NCBI GenBank assembly: GCA_965242695.1
Contig: CBDESU010000001.1
Location: 1,728,001 to 1,792,000, forward strand
DNA: 64,000 bases
Direction: 5' to 3'
Source of the DNA: Cenarchaeum sp.
GTDB taxonomy: Archaea > Thermoproteota > Nitrososphaeria > Nitrososphaerales > Nitrosopumilaceae
Shown here: in pieces, positions 57,797-64,000 of the stretch
How the letters are laid out: each line of letters starts with the position of its first letter
Position numbering within the stretch: position 1 is the stretch's first letter
The notes under the pieces: generated by a model
Told to the model about the DNA's origin: nothing
Databases searched by the model: none
The model's input: only the letters and a program-made list of their open reading frames with translations
Position numbers and translations under genes: made by a program

Positions 57797-58747
57797 CGCC
57801 AGCATCCGCTCGATCGCCTGGCGGGCCCTGCCGGCAGTCTCGGCGGGGACCGCGACCTCGTACCTGTCGTGCAGCAGCGAGTCGCGCACCTTTTCGGGCG
57901 TGATCATCTTCATGTAGCGGCACTCGGCGCCGTCCGAGGCGGCGACAAACTCCTTTTCAGGGTTGGCCTTGCGCATGCGGTAGAGTATGCCCGTCTCGGT
58001 GGCCACGACGAACCTGCGCGCGTCCGACTCGGCGGCGCGCTTCATCATGCCCTCGGTCGACAGTATGCGGACGGGGCGGTCGCCGTACTCGCCGGCGGCC
58101 GCATCGCGCAGGAACGGCGTGGTGCAGCTGCACTCGGGGTGCACCACGAACTCGGCGCCGGGCATCGAGTCGAGCTTTGAGAGGACGTCGTCGGGCGATA
58201 TGCCGGCGTGCACGTGGCACTCGCCGGCCCACACGCGCATGTTGCTGCGCCCCGTCTCCTTTGCGACGTACGAGCCGAGGAACATGTCGGGGAGGAACAG
58301 CACCTCGCGGTCGCCCGGTATGGCGTTGACGACGGCGACGGCGTTCGAGGACGTGCAGCAGTAGTCGAGCTCGGCCTTTACCTCGGCCGTCGTGTTGACG
58401 TACCCGACCGCGACGGCCCCGGGGTGGCGGGCCTTCCAGTCCCGCAGCTGATCGGCCGTTATCGTGTCGGACAGCGAGCAGCCCGCCTCCAGGTCGGGTA
58501 TGAGGACGCGCCGGTCGGGGCTTATGATGGCCGCCGTCTCTGCCATGAAGTGCACGCCGCAGAACAGTATGCGGGCGCTGTCGGTCCTTGCAGCCTGCCG
58601 GGCGAGGCCGAGCGAGTCGCCGATGTAGTCTGCCACGTCCTGGACCGCCGGCACCTGGTAGTTGTGCGCGAGTATGACGGCGTCGCGCTCCTCCTTGAGC
58701 GCGAGTATCTGCTCGCGCAGCCCCTCGGCCTGCTCCTGCACCTGCAT
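57788..58747 (-). CDS. nadA: Quinolinate synthase
   Basis: ILAHNYQ, FCGVHFMAET, AGCSL, CCTSSNA, HPEC, CRYMK. Confidence 0.96.
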   Translation of the reverse strand: MQVQEQAEGLREQILALKEERDAVILAHNYQVPAVQDVADYIGDSLGLARQAARTDSARILFCGVHFMAETAAIISPDRRVLIPDLEAGCSLSDTITADQLRDWKARHPGAVAVGYVNTTAEVKAELDYCCTSSNAVAVVNAIPGDREVLFLPDMFLGSYVAKETGRSNMRVWAGECHVHAGISPDDVLSKLDSMPGAEFVVHPECSCTTPFLRDAAAGEYGDRPVRILSTEGMMKRAAESDARRFVVATETGILYRMRKANPEKEFVAASDGAECRYMKMITPEKVRDSLLHDRYEVAVPAETAGRARQAIERMLALG

Positions 58748-58865
58748 GTCGACGGGGGCGGCGGGCCGTATTGATTTAAAGACCCGGCATGGTGCAAGAT
58801 GGGGCCCTCTCCGGCGCGGAAGCGGCAAGGATTGCCGCATCAGGGGGAGCCGGCGCGGGGCGGCC

Positions 58866-59711
58866 CTACGTGCCCCTCTTCACGCCGCCCGGCTCGCACG
58901 CGGCCCTGAGGGCCTCGATGGCAGAGAGGACGGCGAGCCGGCTCGTCCGCGGGTTGGACGGGTCTGGCACGTTGCGGACCGTGACGGCAAGATCGCCGAA
59001 CGCTCCGGACGCGGCGATCTCGTGCCGGTTGCGCGTGGCGGCCGGGTCGGCCACGACCCTGACGCGCGTCGAGCCGGCGCCGAGGCCGGCGAGGGCCAGC
59101 GCGGCGGCGACGTTGACGTTGGCGGGGAACAGGGCGACGGCCTCGGCCGCCGTGCCGTCGAATATCGTCGTCGCCTCCGAGATCGACGACGGGTCGGCGC
59201 CCGACTCTTCAAAGAACGGCGCCCCCCTGAGCGAGTCGGGGTGCTTTGTCGTCGTGAGCACGACCGAGTCGAGCTCGCCCTGGACGGCCTTTAGGCAGTC
59301 GATCCCCGCGACGGCCCCCGACGGCAGGATGAGGGTCCGGCCGTACTGCCTGCACGCGCCGGCGAGTACGTCGAACACGGCGGGGTCGAGCAACGCGCCG
59401 ACGCTCATGACCAGCAGGTCCTTGCGGTTCTGCAGGACGCTCAGGGCCGAGGCCCGCACGGCATCCTGCGAGGCCGCCTCTACGACGATGTCGACGCCGG
59501 GCCCCGACGAGAGGAGGTGCGCGTTCGGCACGACCTCGGGCCTTGACGACAGGGACGATGCGAGCGACTCGGCGCGGGCCGCGTCCACGTCGTGCACGCG
59601 GACTAGGCGGGCCCCGATGCGCCCCGAGTCGATCGCGGCGGCGATCTGGGATCCCATGGCGCCGCAGCCTAGCAGCGCCACCCTCTTGCGCGGGGCGGCA
59701 GCCTCTGCCAT
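58866..59711 (-). CDS. nadX: L-aspartate dehydrogenase
   Basis: GCGAMG, VEAAS, SVGAL, PSGAVAGID, FPANVNVA, NPRTS.LA. Confidence 0.93.
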   Translation of the reverse strand: MAEAAAPRKRVALLGCGAMGSQIAAAIDSGRIGARLVRVHDVDAARAESLASSLSSRPEVVPNAHLLSSGPGVDIVVEAASQDAVRASALSVLQNRKDLLVMSVGALLDPAVFDVLAGACRQYGRTLILPSGAVAGIDCLKAVQGELDSVVLTTTKHPDSLRGAPFFEESGADPSSISEATTIFDGTAAEAVALFPANVNVAAALALAGLGAGSTRVRVVADPAATRNRHEIAASGAFGDLAVTVRNVPDPSNPRTSRLAVLSAIEALRAACEPGGVKRGT

Positions 59712-59794
59712 GCGGCCGCCCCATGCGGCGCCCTCTAAAGCGTTGCGACCGGCGGGCGCGGCCGAGGCGGCCGGCGGGCGCGAGGCCGGCATCC

Positions 59795-60990
59795 CTATAC
59801 GGCCCTCGCCGACGACGAGCCGCCCGCCTTTGCGACATGGAACGCGTGGTCGGCGTGCGCCCCTAGATCCCTGTCGTGCGAGACGAGTATGATCTGCTCG
59901 TACTCTGGCGCCCTGAGGATCGAGCGGACCTTGTCCAGCTGCGGCCTTGGGAACCCGTCGGTCGGCTCGTCGAGTACGAGCAGGTCGGACCGCAGCGACC
60001 GCGTCTCCCTCCTCAGCGGCGTGTTCAGCGCGAGCCGGTAGGCGAGCGAGACGCCCGTCCGCTCGCTGCCGGACAGGTGTGCCAGGCCGACATCGTACCC
60101 GTCCTAGTCGACTATCGGCATGAACGTGTCGTCTGTGCGGGATGTCTGGGTCCCGTCGTCGACGAGCGTGGCAAGCCACCCACTGTACGCCTCGTCGAGA
60201 CCCGCCTGCAGTGAGACGGGCACCCGCCTCTCGATGCGCTCCACGGACGGCACAAGGTACGACTCGATCCGGCGGGAGTATTGGACGAGCCGGCCGTGCT
60301 CGTACCTCGACTTTTTCGCCCTTTCCAGGTCCACGAGCTCTGCGCCCAGGCGGTCCCTCCACCCGCTTGCCGACTCTGCGTGTGCCGCGGCATCGGCCTC
60401 TGCGCGGCGGCGCCTCGGCGCGGCTGCCAGGCGCAGCTCCGCATCCGATACCTTGGCATCTAGGCCATCGAACGCGCCGAGGTCTGCCTCGGCCTCGGCA
60501 GTGGGGGGGCGCCTGCATGCAACATGAGCCGTGCGCCGGCGAGGCCGGCGGACATCGTGCGGACAGGCTGCCGCCGGGCGCGCGGCCCTGCACCAGCAGG
60601 GACGCCGGCGCGCCGCGCCCCTGCCAATCCCGCCGCGGCGCCGTCCGGCCGGCGGCTGGAATGCGGGCTGATCGGCAGGCATGCGGCGCCGCCCGGCTCC
60701 CTCTCGCGCCGTCAGGTTCCCGAAACCGTCCGGATGCGGCCGGGCGAACCGGCGGCGATCGCATCGGCCAGATCCTTGATCTCCGCGCTGAGGCGCATCG
60801 TCTCGGCCGCCTCTGCCATCTGCCGGCGCAGGGTCAGCACCAGTTCCTCCTCGAAGTATTCGTCCATGATCGCCCTGGCGGGAGCATCGCAGGGGGCGCC
60901 CGTCCCGCCCCCCGCGGGCGTCTGCCTGGACGGGCACGGCCGAAGCACGCCGCCGGCGTACTCGAAATCGACAGAGTCGGAATCCCGCAT
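59795..60990 (-). pseudogene. Decayed C-terminal fragment of a Rad50/SbcC-like SMC ATPase
   Basis: ...[37 protein letters not shown]...LLVLDEPTDGF...IILVSHD; in-frame TAG at 60104-60106, upstream frameshifts, no Walker A half. Confidence 0.82.
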
Positions 60991-60991
60991 G

Positions 60992-62152
60992 CTAAACGAC
61001 CGCCCTCTTCCCCGCGGTGGCCTCGAGCCGCAAAAGCATCTTTTCCAGCGGATTTTGCGCCTCGCATGCGGGACAGCGCACCACATCCGAATAGGGGACG
61101 GCGTCATGATCCACAGGCACGTGTTCTTCCCAGTTCACTTGCACGACATAGCTCGCTTGGCATTCGGGGCATGCCACTTTGACCCTAGACCTGCTCGCTG
61201 TAGGAAGAGATCGCGCCTGTATCGTCCCTTCCTGTGACGAGAACCGGTATATTTGAGACTCGGGAGTCTCGAACAGCTTGTAAGCGGCGGACGCTTCAAA
61301 GCTCATTCGGAGAAGTGTGTGATAGCGAGTTATAGCATCGCAGAGCTCGGCGTCACGGTCGTAGTTTGTTATTTTTACGCGAAGTTTCACCAAGTCGTCG
61401 ATCTTGATCGATCTGTTGTGCGTAAGCCATTTGGACCGGGAGCACAGCGAGGCGGCAACTTCCGCCGCCCTGTTGCGCCTATCCTCGCAGGTGACCGGCC
61501 GGCCGTCGCTGTGCTTGTCCCAAAACTTGAACTTGTAATCTGCAAGCCATCCGGTTACGAGATGCCGCGAGAAGGCCCGTGCGTTTTCACACCTTTGTAT
61601 TTCGCCTGGCGATATGTTTTGAAGGATTGGTATGTACGCAGGGGTCAGGTGCTTCCGGTTTTCCGCCTCCTCCTTGATTTTGGCGAACCCCTCAAGGAAC
61701 GCATCTGCCGAGAACCTCTTGCCGCTGGCAAGTTGGATCTGTCCATCGATCGGGCCCAAGGACGACGAGCGGCCCATGAGGATCTCGTCGCCGGCCATTG
61801 CAAAGATCGTCCCTGCGCTTTTCGCGTACCCAGGAACAATCATGCCAACGCTTTGATACTTGGCGTGTACGAGCTTGATGATGTCTTCGACCACCTCGCC
61901 TAGCCCGCCCGGCGTTTCCAAGACAATGTCGATGCCGTCACCGGACATGTTCTCGAGCTGATCTTGAACGGCAAGAATGTCCGTGTAGTCTATCGCGATT
62001 GGCGTTGCAGGGGGGGCAGAAAGATCGGCGGCAAACACCAGGATATCCCTCCCTCCCCTTAGCTCCGATATGCGAGCCAGCACACGCTTCCGCTCCGCGG
62101 TAAGATCGCGAAAAGTCTTGAACTTGGTCAGGCATTCTGCATAGACTCCCAT
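60992..62152 (-). CDS. ClpP-class serine protease (SDH/DUF114 family) with C-terminal Zn ribbon
   Basis: LETPGG, VPGYAKSAGT, SLGPIDGQ, WLTHNRSI; CPEC...CPAC; tatata box upstream; AT-richer than flanks. Confidence 0.85.
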   Translation of the reverse strand: MGVYAECLTKFKTFRDLTAERKRVLARISELRGGRDILVFAADLSAPPATPIAIDYTDILAVQDQLENMSGDGIDIVLETPGGLGEVVEDIIKLVHAKYQSVGMIVPGYAKSAGTIFAMAGDEILMGRSSSLGPIDGQIQLASGKRFSADAFLEGFAKIKEEAENRKHLTPAYIPILQNISPGEIQRCENARAFSRHLVTGWLADYKFKFWDKHSDGRPVTCEDRRNRAAEVAASLCSRSKWLTHNRSIKIDDLVKLRVKITNYDRDAELCDAITRYHTLLRMSFEASAAYKLFETPESQIYRFSSQEGTIQARSLPTASRSRVKVACPECQASYVVQVNWEEHVPVDHDAVPYSDVVRCPACEAQNPLEKMLLRLEATAGKRAVV

Positions 62153-62556
62153 GGCCCCCGTGATCTAGGGCCATATATAAGCCTACGCTTTAGGCGCGGC
62201 GGAGCCGCCCGCCTGCGGGCGAACCCGGCGCGCCCTGTTCTGCTGTCATGCCCTGTGTCGCATCGACAACCGTCTGCTGTACACAGAGCCATTTTGCCTC
62301 AAAGTTGCAAGTCCGTTGTCCGACATATTGCTTGACAGGGGCCGCAAGCAAGGCCGTGGCCCGGCGCAGGCATGGGGCAGGCTGCGCGGTGGGCGCAGGG
62401 GCGCCCAGGCGGCAGGCCCGGGACCGCACCCGTCCCGCGGCCAGCCGCCAGCGCCCGCCCCCGGGCGCAACCCGAGGGAGGGGCGCGCCGCGGCGCAGAA
62501 CGCCCCGCATCCCGCCCGGCCGCCAAATTAATACGCGCCCGCATGCGCGCGCCGGC

Positions 62557-63120
62557 GTGGACAGGTTCGACGTGCACGACATGAGGCTCCTCGACGAGCT
62601 CGTGAGGGACGGGTCCGCCCCGATATCCGGCATGGCAAAGAGGCTCGGCGCCAACGAGTCGTTCGTGTACAGCAGGATGCGGCGCCTCAAGCGGAGGGGC
62701 ATACTCAAGCGGCACACCGTGACCGTAAACGACGAGGTCCTCGGGATCGGCGTGAGGGCGCTAGTCGGCATCAGCCGCAGGCCCGAGCTCAAGGAGGACA
62801 TACACGCCAGCCTCATGGCCATGCCCGAGGTCCAATTCGTCTCAGAGGTGATGGGCCGCTTCGACATAATGGTCGGCATCGTCGCAAGGGACCACGAGGC
62901 GCTCCACCCCGTCCTCATCGACAAGATCGGCAGGATAGAGGGGATCGAGGGCACCGAGACGTTCGTAGAGCTGCAGCGGGTCGAAAAGGACGCGTCGTTC
63001 GCCGACATGTTCAACGCCGGCATGCTCAGGCCCGAGCCCCCCGCGGCCCCGAAGAGGAAGCGCTCGAGGGCCGGCAAGGCCGGGGCGGGCAGCGGCGGCA
63101 GCGGCAACAAGGCATCATAG
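62557..63120 (+). CDS. Lrp/AsnC family transcriptional regulator
   Basis: DMRLLDELVRDG...MAKRLG..ES.V..RMRRL...G; EVMGRFDI. Confidence 0.9.
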   Translation: MDRFDVHDMRLLDELVRDGSAPISGMAKRLGANESFVYSRMRRLKRRGILKRHTVTVNDEVLGIGVRALVGISRRPELKEDIHASLMAMPEVQFVSEVMGRFDIMVGIVARDHEALHPVLIDKIGRIEGIEGTETFVELQRVEKDASFADMFNAGMLRPEPPAAPKRKRSRAGKAGAGSGGSGNKAS

Positions 63121-63145
63121 GCCCTGCCAGGGCGGCGGAGGCGGG

Positions 63146-63523
63146 CCGCGGCTAGGCGAACCCTTCATTCCAGGGCCAGGCCCGGCCTGTGGCCGAGGGC
63201 TGAGGGTGGCCGCGGCCATAGCGACGGACTTTGCTGTGTTCAGGTTGCGGTTTCTCTGGGCATACGGGCGGCAGCGTTTGTGGAGTCGCCGAGGGCCGCG
63301 TGCGCCTCTTGACAATCAATGTCGACCAGAGCTTGTCCTGACCAACTGAAGCCGCCTAGAGCCGCCGCTATAGGCGAGCCCTTCATTCTAGGGCCAGGCC
63401 CGGCCTGTGGCCGAGGGCTGAGGGTGGCCGCGGCTAGGCGAACCCTTCGTTCCAAGGCCCTGCCCGGCGGCTGAGGGCGGGTTAAGGCCCCGCGGCTAGG
63501 CAAAGCTTTCGTCCCAGCGGCCC
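63146..63523. repeat. 62-64-bp direct repeats containing degenerate copies of the rpl11 3' end
   Basis: 63153-63216 vs 63371-63434 (62/64 identical); ccgcggctaggcgaacccttcgttcc (63428) vs the rpl11 end ccgcggctaggcaaagctttcgtccc (63490). Confidence 0.85.
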
Positions 63524-63978
63524 TCGTTGATCTCGGCCGTGATCTCCTTTGGCGTCTTCCCCTCGATCTTCAGGCCTAGCGGCAGGCACGTGCCGACGAT
63601 CATCTTGGTGGCGGACTTTAGCGAGCTCGTGTACGAAGACTCCAGCTTTGCTCGTGCGACCCTCACGACCGCATCCATGCCGACCTCGCCGGCCCACACG
63701 GTCCCCGACGCGCCCGACCCCTTTTGGATGCCGGCCTCCTTGAGGAGCAGGGCCGCGACCGACGGGACGCCGATCGCCACCTCCCACTTTTTCGTGCCGG
63801 TGTCGACCGTGACCGTCACGGGCACCTTCATGCCCTCAAAGTCGGACGTCTTTTCGTTGATTGCGTTGATGACCTCCATGATGTTGACGCCAAGAGGCCC
63901 CATTGCGGGGCCGAGCGGAGGGCCCGCCGAGGCCTTGCCCCCCGTGACAAGGGCCGACACCGTCTGGACGTCTGCCAT
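63496..63978 (-). CDS. rpl11: 50S ribosomal protein L11
   Basis: GGKASAGPPLGPAMGPLGVN, GMKVPV, IVGTC. Confidence 0.97.
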   Translation of the reverse strand: MADVQTVSALVTGGKASAGPPLGPAMGPLGVNIMEVINAINEKTSDFEGMKVPVTVTVDTGTKKWEVAIGVPSVAALLLKEAGIQKGSGASGTVWAGEVGMDAVVRVARAKLESSYTSSLKSATKMIVGTCLPLGLKIEGKTPKEITAEINEGRWDESFA

Positions 63979-64000
63979 GGGCGGCCGGCCGGGGCGGAAA

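Noticed and set aside
107-64000. Hundreds of long Arg/Pro/Ala/Gly-rich ORFs in the track (e.g. 5807-7636, 50866-53103, 38868-40979)
   Set aside because: Shadow frames of real genes in very GC-rich DNA; no recognisable motifs

Overview
Very GC-rich archaeal chromosome segment. The gene set (TBP, TFB, rps8e-SRP19-Gar1, RpoE'/Spt4, XPB-Bax1, ScpA/B, CofG/H, AhbAB, cupredoxin, intron-containing tRNAs) points to Nitrososphaerota (Thaumarchaeota), probably a Nitrosopumilaceae/Cenarchaeum-like lineage (inference). Most of the window is core housekeeping: heme, F420 and NAD biosynthesis, transcription, translation and repair. Accessory, AT-richer patches: (i) 8.6-10.5 kb, a two-linker ~100-bp higher-order repeat array next to a frameshifted AAA+/wHTH ATPase; (ii) 13.6-18 kb, a tandemly duplicated small-protein + GNAT toxin-antitoxin-like module, with one GNAT broken by an IS630 element and the other by a 4-bp deletion, a decayed cofG/cofH echo between them, and a CRISPR-geometry mini-repeat after them; (iii) 59.8-62.2 kb, a decayed Rad50 C-terminal copy next to a ClpP-class (SDH) protease. 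Two window-wide patterns stand out: local re-duplication of core-gene 3' ends (tRNA-binding protein, cofH, rpl11) and unrelated intergenic repeat-spacer-repeat units with ~70-bp period. All protein calls come from motif recognition by eye; no database searches were run.
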